Source: a virus
Length of the DNA stretch: 34,056 nt
IMG/VR virus record: IMGVR_UViG_3300029775_000395
Span: 1-34,056 of that record
Strand: one strand, 5' to 3'
Below are positions 7,871 to 15,528 of the stretch, piece after piece (the stretch's first letter is position 1; each line of letters starts with the position of its first letter). A program made the position numbers and the translations under genes. Below the pieces are notes generated by a model. It was not told where the DNA came from, did no database searches, and saw only the letters and a program-made list of their open reading frames with translations.

Positions 7871-8076
7871 CGTCTCGTCGTAAAATCAGATCTCTCCGGG
7901 CCAGAATTGAGGCATTAGAATTGATGGCCCGAACCTGGGGCGAAGGAGGTGCGGAGAGGGGGCCCTGCCCCTACTACGCCCTGGCGACAATCGAACCGCG
8001 CGAGGATGCCTGTGGCAACCCCAATAAGAGATGCCCTCCCGGGATGGAATGCCCGATCCGGAGGGGGTGCCGATGA
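7861..8076 (+). CDS. Small Cys-rich protein
   Basis: 71-aa ORF ending CPPGMECPIRRGCR*. Confidence 0.6.
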   Translation: MPVTSRRKIRSLRARIEALELMARTWGEGGAERGPCPYYALATIEPREDACGNPNKRCPPGMECPIRRGCR

Positions 8077-8162
8077 CCTTTTTACCCGCAGGCGCGGCGC
8101 GGCTCGACCTCTACAGAGACGCGCTGCTGCTCTTCCTGCTCGTGCGAGTGGTGGTCGCGTGA
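8073..8162 (+). CDS. 29-aa hydrophobic peptide (MTFLPAGAARLDLYRDALLLFLLVRVVVA)
   Basis: ATGA and GTGA overlaps fill the gap exactly. Confidence 0.45.
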   Translation: MTFLPAGAARLDLYRDALLLFLLVRVVVA

Positions 8163-8653
8163 CCCGACCGATCCTCTACATCAGCGGCCCCTACTCGGCC
8201 GGGAATGGTCGGATGGTCGCGGAGAACATCGCGGTCGCCCGATCGTATGCGGTCGCGGCGGCGCGGAAGGGCTGGATGCCGTTTACACCGCACCTCAATA
8301 CAGCGCACTTCGAGGTCGACTGCCCGGAGGTCCCGAACGAGGACTGGATCGACGGCGACCTCGCGATCCTCCGGCTCCTGCCCCGGGCGCGCGCAGCGGT
8401 GCTGCTGCTGCCGGGATGGGAGCAGAGCAAGGGCGCGCGGCTTGAGCGCGATTGGGCGATCCACCTCAATCTAGAGGTCTTCGACCCGCCCGCGACACCG
8501 TGGGATATCCCGCCCGCGAGCATCTACGGCGAGTGCCGATACTGCCGCCAGGTGCATTACGAATGCGACAGCCGGGATACATGCAGCAGGTCGCGCCACT
8601 GGGATCGTTGCCCCTCGGGCGCGACCTGCCCGATCCGGAGGCGGTGCCGATGA
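8159..8653 (+). CDS. DUF4406/DUF1937-like protein (nucleoside 2-deoxyribosyltransferase-like fold) with Cys-rich tail
   Basis: LYISGPYS...PFTPHLNT...WIDGDLAIL...LLPGWEQSKGARLE. Confidence 0.8.
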   Translation: MTRPILYISGPYSAGNGRMVAENIAVARSYAVAAARKGWMPFTPHLNTAHFEVDCPEVPNEDWIDGDLAILRLLPRARAAVLLLPGWEQSKGARLERDWAIHLNLEVFDPPATPWDIPPASIYGECRYCRQVHYECDSRDTCSRSRHWDRCPSGATCPIRRRCR

Positions 8654-8796
8654 GGTCGGGCGACGCGCTTGTCGTATTCGATATCAGCGGTCTGCCGGTC
8701 ACCCTCGTCCTCCCTGAGCGGGACATCGATCTCGTGGCGCTGCCGCACCGTGCGAACCGGATCCTGGCAGAGGGGAGAGATAAGGGGGCGGTCTGA
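8650..8796 (+). CDS. Hypothetical protein (48 aa)
   Basis: ATGA and TGATG coupling. Confidence 0.5.
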   Translation: MRSGDALVVFDISGLPVTLVLPERDIDLVALPHRANRILAEGRDKGAV

Positions 8797-8912
8797 TGTC
8801 ACTCACTCACCTCTCCCTCTTCAGCGGCATCGGCGGGCTCGATCTCGCCGCCGAGTGGGCAGGGTTCCGCACCGTCGGGCAGGTCGAGGAGGAAAAGGCG
8901 TGCCGACAGTAA
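8796..8912 (+). pseudogene. N-terminal remnant of a C5-cytosine DNA methyltransferase
   Basis: [31 protein letters not shown] contains motif I (FxGxGG) and motif II, then EEKACRQ* after 38 aa. No catalytic PC motif in any downstream frame. Confidence 0.85.
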
Positions 8913-9076
8913 GAGAGGTAAAGGCCGACCTGCGGGCTGCGCTTGAGTCCCTTGAGAAGTTCGACGATGACATGCCGTGCCGGATTGCCTGGTGGGTCGG
9001 CGAAGGCGACCGGATGACCGGCGCATACCTGATCAGCGACTCAAAGCAGGGCGGACCTGTCGTAGAGGTCGGATGA
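8900..9076 (+). CDS. Hypothetical protein (58 aa)
   Basis: GTG 8900 after GAGGAGG; ATGA overlap with the next ORF. Confidence 0.55.
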   Translation: MPTVREVKADLRAALESLEKFDDDMPCRIAWWVGEGDRMTGAYLISDSKQGGPVVEVG

Positions 9077-9168
9077 GGGGGCTCTGGTTCACAGCCGGGT
9101 TCCTGCTCGGGGTCGTCGCGACGGCGCTCGGGCTCCTGTGGATGATGGCGCTGGCGGTGGTCGCGTGA
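9073..9168 (+). CDS. 31-aa single-transmembrane peptide ([31 protein letters not shown])
   Basis: Hydrophobic; ATGA and GTGA overlaps. Confidence 0.55.
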   Translation: MRGLWFTAGFLLGVVATALGLLWMMALAVVA

Positions 9169-11564
9169 CCGGCAACGGCCTCGCCGCGCCGCCGTGGTGC
9201 CTCGGGTGCCCGTATCCGATCTACGACGACCGCAAAGGCGAGTGGGATTGGTACTGCCGGCAGCACTCGCCGACGGGGATCAAGTGCAGCAACGTCGCGG
9301 TGCTACCGCGTACAAGAATATTTCGCCCGCAAGGAGGCGACACAGTGAGTTCTATCGTGCTAAAAATACCAACCGAATCACAATCATTCCGCGCCGCGCT
9401 GACCGACGCGACGCTCCGGGATCGTGTCCAGGAGTGGATGGCCGCCGCTGTCGCGCTCGACGACGCGATCTACATCCCGCTCCGGACGGACTGGATGCCG
9501 AACGGCACCCGCCGCACCACCGACGGCGTGGAAGTGCTCCTCGCGGGCCGGTGGCCGCCGGAGGTTGTCGCGGAGCAGGGGCCCCGGATCAGCGGGGCTG
9601 TTTTCGGCCGGGTGTGGGAGATTGTGTGCGGCGCGAGCGGTTCTCCGGATTTTTCCGGTATAGCGACATGTGGTTCATATGAGGAAAACAACGAGCAATC
9701 GGAAAACAGCGGTCAGAATGAGGCGCCCGAGGTGGCGCAGAAGTCCGTATCGGACGAGCATGTTCTCCCCCAGAATCCAGTGGCGGACCATAAAACCCCG
9801 GATAGCGCAGTTGAGGAGATCTACCCCGAGGGGGAGATGGATCAGGATGCTCCGGCAGCACGGATTCTAAACGTCCCGGCCGAGGTGATCGAGCCGGTTA
9901 TCTCCGACGAGGTGATCGACGGGCTGACCCTCGACGCAGGAGGACTCGACGACCTCACGCGGACCGTCAAGACTCTGGAGCACTGCGGCGCGAAGTTCCC
10001 GCCGTGGTTCTGCGAGCAGCCCGTCGAGGTTGTCCGGGCAGGGCTCAAGGAGGCGGCCCGGTCCGAGAGGGTCATGCGAAGCTACCGCCTGGAGCGGGAG
10101 GATATCGAGAGGCGGCGGGCCGCGCTCGTGGCACAGTGGGCGATCGATGTCGGGGTAAGCCTCCCGGACCCTGAGCCGGCGATCGGGCTGGCATTCCCCT
10201 GCACTGACGACGGCAACGGGGATCGGCTCGTCGCGCAGTACCGGGACTCGATCCGGTTCTGCAAGACCTTCGATGCATGGTTTTTGTGGGACGGCTCGCG
10301 GTGGGAGCGCGATGAGACCTGCCGGATGCTGGCGCTCGCTAAGCGGGCCGCGAGGACGATCCACATCGAGGCGTCCGCGACCACGGACGACCGGCGCGAG
10401 AAGGTCGGGAAGTGGGCGCTCTCGTCGGGGATGCTCTCGCGACTCAAGGCCATGATCGCCTGCGCCTGCCCTGCGGTCGCGGTGACACCGGACGAGTTCG
10501 ACGCGCACCCGACGCTCTTGAACTGCCAGAACGGGACGCTCGAACTCGATACGCTGACGTTCCGGGAGGCGCGGCGGGAGGATCTCCTGACGAAGCAGGC
10601 CGGGGTTGCCTACGATCCCGCGGCGGCGTGCCCAACCTGGCTCGCACACCTGGACCTAGTGTTCGGCGAGGACACAGCCTATATCGAGGGGTTCCAGGAG
10701 CTCTGTGGGTATTCGCTGCTCCAGGAGAACCCTGAGCAGATTATGGCGATCCTCTACGGCATCGGGAAGAACGGTAAGAGCGTTACCATCGGGGCACTGG
10801 CGCGAGTATGGGGCGATTACGCAGTCAATATCGCCGCCGAGAGCCTGATGGTGCGCCGGAACGACGGCCCGCGCTCGGACCTGGCGCGGCTGCACGGCGC
10901 CCGGCTCGTCACGGCATCAGAGGGGGAGAGCCGGGCATCCCTCGCAGAGAGTGTGGTCAAGCAGATCACCGGCGACGACGCGATCACCGTCCGGCGGCTC
11001 TATGAAAATGAGTTCCAGTTCCGGCCCGGGGCGAAGATCTTCCTCGCGACGAATCACGAGCCCCGGATCAGGGGGACGGACGAGGGGATCTGGCGGCGGT
11101 TGTGGTTGCTGCCCTTCACTGTGACTATCCCCGAGGGGAAGCGCGACCCGGCCATCCTCGAACGGCTGGAAGCGGAGGGAGCCGGTATCCTGAACTGGTG
11201 CCTGGAAGGGCTCCGGCGGTATCAGGAGAACGACTGCCGTCTCGCGCCACCGGAGAAGGTGCTCGCGGCCACGGCCCGGTTCCGGTCGGAGAGTGATATG
11301 GTCGGGCGGTTCCTGGCGCAGGAGATGAAGACGGACCCGATGGGAACGATCGAGCGGACGGTGCTCTATAAGATCTACCTCAAGTGGTGCGAGGACGAGG
11401 GCGAAAAACCGGTCAGCAACCGGGCAGTGATCAAGTATCTCCGGGAGCGAGGGTTCGATGAGAGGAAGCTCGGCGGGGCCATGTGCTGGACGGGTATACG
11501 CATAAAGAGTGCTATCGAAGAGGAAGAAGATGCTACAGCGGGATCGGTACAGGGAGGTCTCTGA
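9165..11564 (+). CDS. P4/D5-type replication protein: D5_N, SF3 helicase and winged helix, with an unassigned N-terminus (alternative start GTG 9345)
   Basis: TDDGNGDRL...WFLWDGSRW (D5_N), GIGKNGKS (Walker A), RLVTASE (Walker B), ATNHEP (motif C), LYKIYLKWCEDEG (wHTH). Confidence 0.9.
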   Translation: MTGNGLAAPPWCLGCPYPIYDDRKGEWDWYCRQHSPTGIKCSNVAVLPRTRIFRPQGGDTVSSIVLKIPTESQSFRAALTDATLRDRVQEWMAAAVALDDAIYIPLRTDWMPNGTRRTTDGVEVLLAGRWPPEVVAEQGPRISGAVFGRVWEIVCGASGSPDFSGIATCGSYEENNEQSENSGQNEAPEVAQKSVSDEHVLPQNPVADHKTPDSAVEEIYPEGEMDQDAPAARILNVPAEVIEPVISDEVIDGLTLDAGGLDDLTRTVKTLEHCGAKFPPWFCEQPVEVVRAGLKEAARSERVMRSYRLEREDIERRRAALVAQWAIDVGVSLPDPEPAIGLAFPCTDDGNGDRLVAQYRDSIRFCKTFDAWFLWDGSRWERDETCRMLALAKRAARTIHIEASATTDDRREKVGKWALSSGMLSRLKAMIACACPAVAVTPDEFDAHPTLLNCQNGTLELDTLTFREARREDLLTKQAGVAYDPAAACPTWLAHLDLVFGEDTAYIEGFQELCGYSLLQENPEQIMAILYGIGKNGKSVTIGALARVWGDYAVNIAAESLMVRRNDGPRSDLARLHGARLVTASEGESRASLAESVVKQITGDDAITVRRLYENEFQFRPGAKIFLATNHEPRIRGTDEGIWRRLWLLPFTVTIPEGKRDPAILERLEAEGAGILNWCLEGLRRYQENDCRLAPPEKVLAATARFRSESDMVGRFLAQEMKTDPMGTIERTVLYKIYLKWCEDEGEKPVSNRAVIKYLRERGFDERKLGGAMCWTGIRIKSAIEEEEDATAGSVQGGL

Positions 11565-11599
11565 GATGGATTATCACCAGCCCGGACGGGGGTTTTCGG

Positions 11600-11875
11600 C
11601 AGGGCAGGAAAGGCAGGAAAAAACAGAAAGTGTTTCAGATGTTAGAGGTCTGAAAAACTTTCTGAAATTTGGTGCCCCAAATACCCCAAAAGGCACGAAG
11701 GGTATGGGGTTTCAGGAGTTTCTAAACTCCGTGTTTCGGAAAAGTTTTCAGAATTTTGTGCCCTTCGTGCCCGTGAGAGGGTTTTGGGCATATAGGGCAT
11801 ATAGGATCGTAATTTTCCCATGTGGGGGGGGTATAGTAAAAGTTACGAAACTATGTGCCCTAAATACCCCACTCG
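11600..11875. repeat. AT-enriched direct and inverted repeat cluster; candidate replication origin (overlaps a 108-aa ORF at 11566-11892)
   Basis: GTGCCC(C/T)AAATACCCCA at 11672 and 11855; GGCACGAAGGG (11692) inverted with CCCTTCGTGCC (11761); GGCAGGAAA twice at 11603; GGGCATATA twice at 11786. Confidence 0.6.
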
Positions 11876-11892
11876 TACCGGGGGCGATCTGA

Positions 11893-12153
11893 GTGCGTAT
11901 CCTCTGCACTGTCGACCGGCACTTCGACACCATCACAAATCGAGAAAGTGTTACTCGGGGCGGCGGGTCGCTCACGAGCACCTCAACCCGCGCCATAGCG
12001 CGCCACCGGGACTGCTCTGCATCGGTCGGTATGTCACCCCACCCCGACCTCTCCCGGAGATCCTCGATCCCGGTAGAGCATCCCCGCCCCTCGTGCCCCT
12101 CGTCGAATCTGGGACAATGCATGCGGGACAATGTCACCGCAGGGGTGGTCTGA
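11893..12153 (+). CDS. Possible hypothetical protein
   Basis: Fills the gap exactly, but has a weak RBS and low-complexity composition. Confidence 0.3.
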   Translation: MRILCTVDRHFDTITNRESVTRGGGSLTSTSTRAIARHRDCSASVGMSPHPDLSRRSSIPVEHPRPSCPSSNLGQCMRDNVTAGVV

Positions 12154-12684
12154 GTGGTCGCTACTACTCCTGCCTCCCGCAAGGCCAAGGGCCGGCGGTT
12201 CCAGCAGGCGGTCCGGCAGGACCTGATCGATCATCTCGGGGTCCCGGAAGGCGACGTCCTCTCGACGGCGATGGGACAGTCCGGGTGCGACCTCTACCTC
12301 TCCCCGGCCGCCCGGGCGCTCTTCCCATATGGGGTCGAGTGCAAACATCAGGAAGCGATCGCGCTCCCGGCGTGGTGGCGACAATGCACCGCGAACGCCG
12401 AGAAGGAAGGGTTGACCCCGCTCCTCCTGGTGAAGCAGTCTCGCAAAGAGCCTCTCGCGGTGCTCCGGTGGTCGGACCTCCTCGGGCTGCTGCAGCAGAT
12501 CCATCTGATGCAGGGGTGGGGTGACCTCGTCGCCGAGAGTATCCGGGCCGCGGATACGTGTCCGACAGATGTCGGCGAGTGGCTTTCACTCCGAAGCCTA
12601 GCTATGCATTACCGTGACCATCTCCGCGGCGGCGACCATCGCTGGGAGAACCTCGCCGAGGGGCTGACGGGAGGCCGGACATGA
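12154..12684 (+). CDS. Holliday junction resolvase (Hjc-like PD-(D/E)xK nuclease)
   Basis: SRKAKGRRFQQAV...SGCDLYL...GVECK...WWRQ is the viral Hjc-type pattern. Confidence 0.82.
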   Translation: MVATTPASRKAKGRRFQQAVRQDLIDHLGVPEGDVLSTAMGQSGCDLYLSPAARALFPYGVECKHQEAIALPAWWRQCTANAEKEGLTPLLLVKQSRKEPLAVLRWSDLLGLLQQIHLMQGWGDLVAESIRAADTCPTDVGEWLSLRSLAMHYRDHLRGGDHRWENLAEGLTGGRT

Positions 12685-12872
12685 GGCACGTCTCTGTCGG
12701 TCTCGTCCTCCACGTAGAGGACGACGTCGCTGCAGACCACGAGGCTCTGATCGCATACCTCGAATCGCACATCTTCGATGATGGGCTCATAGGGTCCATC
12801 GTCACGACCGCAGACATCACCGATCAGGTCGAGGCACGACTGGAGGAGATGCGGAGGAGGCGGTCGCGATGA
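12681..12872 (+). CDS. Hypothetical protein
   Basis: ATGA coupling at both ends. Confidence 0.6.
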   Translation: MRHVSVGLVLHVEDDVAADHEALIAYLESHIFDDGLIGSIVTTADITDQVEARLEEMRRRRSR

Positions 12873-13057
12873 CCCGGCTCATCCGCGTCGAACTCTGCGA
12901 CGAGTGCCCACATGGCACCGACCGTGCCCGGGGCTGCCGGGCGACCCTGTGGTGTGATGAGGGGGCCCTCCGGCTCAAAAAATTCGGCGCTAATTACCCC
13001 CTGATCCCCGACTGGTGCCCCCTCCCTCTCAACGGTCAGGATGGAGGCCGGCCATGA
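12869..13057 (+). CDS. Small Cys-rich protein
   Basis: CDECPH...C...C...PDWCPL; coupled. Confidence 0.65.
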   Translation: MTRLIRVELCDECPHGTDRARGCRATLWCDEGALRLKKFGANYPLIPDWCPLPLNGQDGGRP

Positions 13058-13395
13058 CAAGCCACCAGCACGTGCGGGGGCACCCGGCGACTTGGGTCTA
13101 CAGGGACACCTGGGAAGAGGTCGGCGCCTGGGACCGCCCGTGCGCCCGCTGCGGCCGCCCCCCGATCGCGGCCGAGGGGCAGGTCGGGTATGATGCCTGC
13201 CTCGGTCACATCCCCGGCGCCGTCAGCGCTTGCTGCGGGCACGGGGTAGAGGGGCCGTACGTCCTGTTCGAGGATGCCGCCGAGTTGCGCGGTGAGGTCG
13301 GGGACGCCATCGTCCGGTGTAGGTATTGTGGTGGAGAGGGATGCGTGATCTGCGCTCACCGTGGCGTCGTACTAGAGCGAGGCGAGCAGCCATGA
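13054..13395 (+). CDS. Cys-rich hypothetical protein
   Basis: RPCARCG...DACLGHIPGAVSACCGHG...CRYC...CVIC. Confidence 0.7.
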   Translation: MTSHQHVRGHPATWVYRDTWEEVGAWDRPCARCGRPPIAAEGQVGYDACLGHIPGAVSACCGHGVEGPYVLFEDAAELRGEVGDAIVRCRYCGGEGCVICAHRGVVLERGEQP

Positions 13396-13844
13396 TCCCG
13401 CCCCCCTCCAGCCACGAGGTCATCTACTGCCTGGCCCACTGTCAGCACCGGGCGCACCGCCCCGACGGCGAGGCTTGCCGGACCGCCTGCCCCCTGGACC
13501 TCCCATACCTCATCCGCGGCAGGGACGGGATCGAGTTCCACATGGAAGGGGAGGTGCACCTGCTCGACCCTGCCGCCCTGAGCACCCTGTTAGATGACAA
13601 GTTCATGATCCATGTCTTCCGGCTCGGCCCGGAGGTCCTCGCGCCGGGGCGCATCACCCCGGACCGGGAGACTATCTACACCGGGACGGTCGTCCTGGAC
13701 GTGGACGGAGAGTGGGTGCTGCTGCGGCTCTACGGCAAGACCCTGCGAACCTGGGCGACGGCGCCGGGCTGGCTTCGCGGGCTCGTCGCCAGGAAAGTTG
13801 TCCTGGCCCCGGTCCGGGAGCTGCTGGAGGAGGTGCTACGGTGA
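13392..13844 (+). CDS. Hypothetical protein
   Basis: ATG 13392 with ATGA and GTGA overlaps. Confidence 0.65.
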   Translation: MIPPPSSHEVIYCLAHCQHRAHRPDGEACRTACPLDLPYLIRGRDGIEFHMEGEVHLLDPAALSTLLDDKFMIHVFRLGPEVLAPGRITPDRETIYTGTVVLDVDGEWVLLRLYGKTLRTWATAPGWLRGLVARKVVLAPVRELLEEVLR

Positions 13845-14200
13845 GGGTCTTGTACATATCCGGGCCGTTCAGCCACCACGATCTCATCCACCAGGTCGAG
13901 GTGAACATCCTCCGGGCCTCGACCGTCGCCCTCGAGGGCTGGCGGAAGGGATGGAGTGTCTTTTGTCCCCACAAGAACACGGCCGGCTTCCAGCACGCCC
14001 ACGACGTCGACTGGGAGACCTGGGTCCGGGGGGACCTGGAGATCCTGCTGCGGATGGACCCGGGCAAAGGAGATGCGATCTGCATGCTCCCCGGCTGGCG
14101 ACAGAGCGACGGCGCCAGGTGGGAGAAGCAGTTAGCAGAGAAGAGCGGCCTGCGGATCATCGACTACGAGACCGAAGGGCTGCCGGAGGCACCAAAGTGA
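13841..14200 (+). CDS. Second DUF4406/DUF1937-like (NDT-like) protein
   Basis: LYISGPFS...VFCPHKNT...WVRGDLEIL...MLPGWRQSDGARWE. Confidence 0.8.
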   Translation: MRVLYISGPFSHHDLIHQVEVNILRASTVALEGWRKGWSVFCPHKNTAGFQHAHDVDWETWVRGDLEILLRMDPGKGDAICMLPGWRQSDGARWEKQLAEKSGLRIIDYETEGLPEAPK

Positions 14201-14394
14201 AGTTCCGTTTCCCGAAGATCGAGAACGCCCTGGTCACCAAGATGACCGTCACGCCGTCAGGGGCGATCAAGTACATGACGCTCGAATCGTTCGCCGACGA
14301 AATAGACCTGTCCGGGGTGATGCTCGACAACTATGCGGAGATCACCATCGAAAGGATCCACCAGTGGCCCGACGCTCGCGAGGAGACGTCATGA
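14197..14394 (+). CDS. Hypothetical protein (65 aa)
   Basis: GTGA and ATGA coupling; GGAGG RBS. Confidence 0.65.
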   Translation: MKFRFPKIENALVTKMTVTPSGAIKYMTLESFADEIDLSGVMLDNYAEITIERIHQWPDAREETS

Positions 14395-14630
14395 CCCCGT
14401 CCGCCTCCCGCCGCCCCCCGCTCCGGCGCCGGACCGTCGGCGCCCTCGACATCGTCCGGGCCACCCGGCAGGACCTGGACCTGAAGACCTACGACGATAT
14501 CGTCGTCTGCCTCCTCGAGGAGTACGCCGATGCACACGGGATCCCCCGGTCCCGGCTCCTCCTCGACGACAGTGCCGGATCTGACAGTTGCGCCATTTCT
14601 GCCAGATCTGGCAAAACTGGCAAAAACTGA
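14391..14630 (+). CDS. Small possible DNA-binding (RHH-like) protein
   Basis: Basic N-terminus, then LDIVRATRQDLDLKTYDDIVVCLLEEY (TYDDxI-like helix pair). Confidence 0.5.
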   Translation: MTPSASRRPPLRRRTVGALDIVRATRQDLDLKTYDDIVVCLLEEYADAHGIPRSRLLLDDSAGSDSCAISARSGKTGKN

Positions 14631-14640
14631 TTCTTTTTCA
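14630..14640 (+). terminator. Possible archaeal oligo-T terminator ending the early operon
   Basis: TTCTTTTTCA immediately after the stop at 14630. Confidence 0.4.
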
Positions 14641-14664
14641 CCATAGCGACCCCACACCCTCCTG

Positions 14665-15096
14665 ATGTCTGATTCGCCCCGTGCAGAGGATGCAACGGCC
14701 GTGCGGGCGGCCCTTGAGGCCAGGGGGTACGTCTATCTCGACGGACAGATCGCCCGGGACACCAGGGAGGTGCGGATGAACTTCGTCCGCCCTGGCGCCG
14801 GCACGCTCTGGATAAACCTCCGCGACAAGTCACCGTCGCTCCTCGAGGAGTGCTGCAACGTTTACGAAGAGGTGCACGCCGTTGGCATCGGCCTCATCCA
14901 CACCTGCACCCGGCTCCGGCCGCTCGGGTACAGTGAGATCGCGAAGGAGGACCTCTCGCCGGAGCTCAAGCGGGACCTGGAAACCGAATACCATTACTAC
15001 AAGGCGGCGTTCTGGGTGCCTCGAATTGTCGTCGCCCTGGCGATCCTCGTGGCCACCGGCAGCCTGGAGACGGTTGGGCATCTGCTCGGGTGGTGA
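14665..15096 (+). CDS. Hypothetical protein with C-terminal transmembrane segment
   Basis: 143-aa ORF with FWVPRIVVALAILVATG. Confidence 0.6.
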   Translation: MSDSPRAEDATAVRAALEARGYVYLDGQIARDTREVRMNFVRPGAGTLWINLRDKSPSLLEECCNVYEEVHAVGIGLIHTCTRLRPLGYSEIAKEDLSPELKRDLETEYHYYKAAFWVPRIVVALAILVATGSLETVGHLLGW

Positions 15097-15102
15097 TAGT
15101 CG

Positions 15103-15528
15103 GTGCCTCGGACAAACGTCGGTGCGGCCGCGAAGACCTCCACGCGGAAACTGGAGATCGCCGAGCGCCGGGCCGAAGTGCTCCGGCTCCGGAAGCAGCG
15201 CGATCCCCGGCTATCCATCCGGGACATCGCAAAACGGCTTGAGATCCCCCGCTCGGTCGTCCACAGGGACCTGATGCACGAGATTGGGATTGCTCAGGCG
15301 AAGCGCACGATGCAGGCCGAGAAACTGATCGACATCGAGATCCGCGAGCTCGAATCCCTTCTCATCGAGGCGAAGCTCCATATTGAGAACGGGAGCGAGA
15401 CCTCGATCGACCGGGCGTTGAAGATCCTCGAATCCCGGCGGAAGCTCCTCGGCCTCGACGCGGCGCAGAAGGTCAATGTGAATGGCATCGCGGAACTCCA
15501 CTTCGATAAGGAAGACGAGGACCTATGA
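15103..15528 (+). CDS. terS: Terminase small subunit (HTH type)
   Basis: LSIRDIAKRLEIPRSVVHRD HTH; RRKLLGLDAAQKVNV tail; directly upstream of TerL. Confidence 0.75.
   Translation: MPRTNVGAAAKTSTRKLEIAERRAEVLRLRKQRDPRLSIRDIAKRLEIPRSVVHRDLMHEIGIAQAKRTMQAEKLIDIEIRELESLLIEAKLHIENGSETSIDRALKILESRRKLLGLDAAQKVNVNGIAELHFDKEDEDL

Noticed and set aside
9138-9164. ORF-track start of the helicase at ATG 9138, and extended starts of several other ORFs (for example 4418, 5155, 5718, 7949, 16369, 29940)
   Set aside because: They overlap upstream genes. Downstream starts with RBS and ATGA/TGATG coupling fit better.
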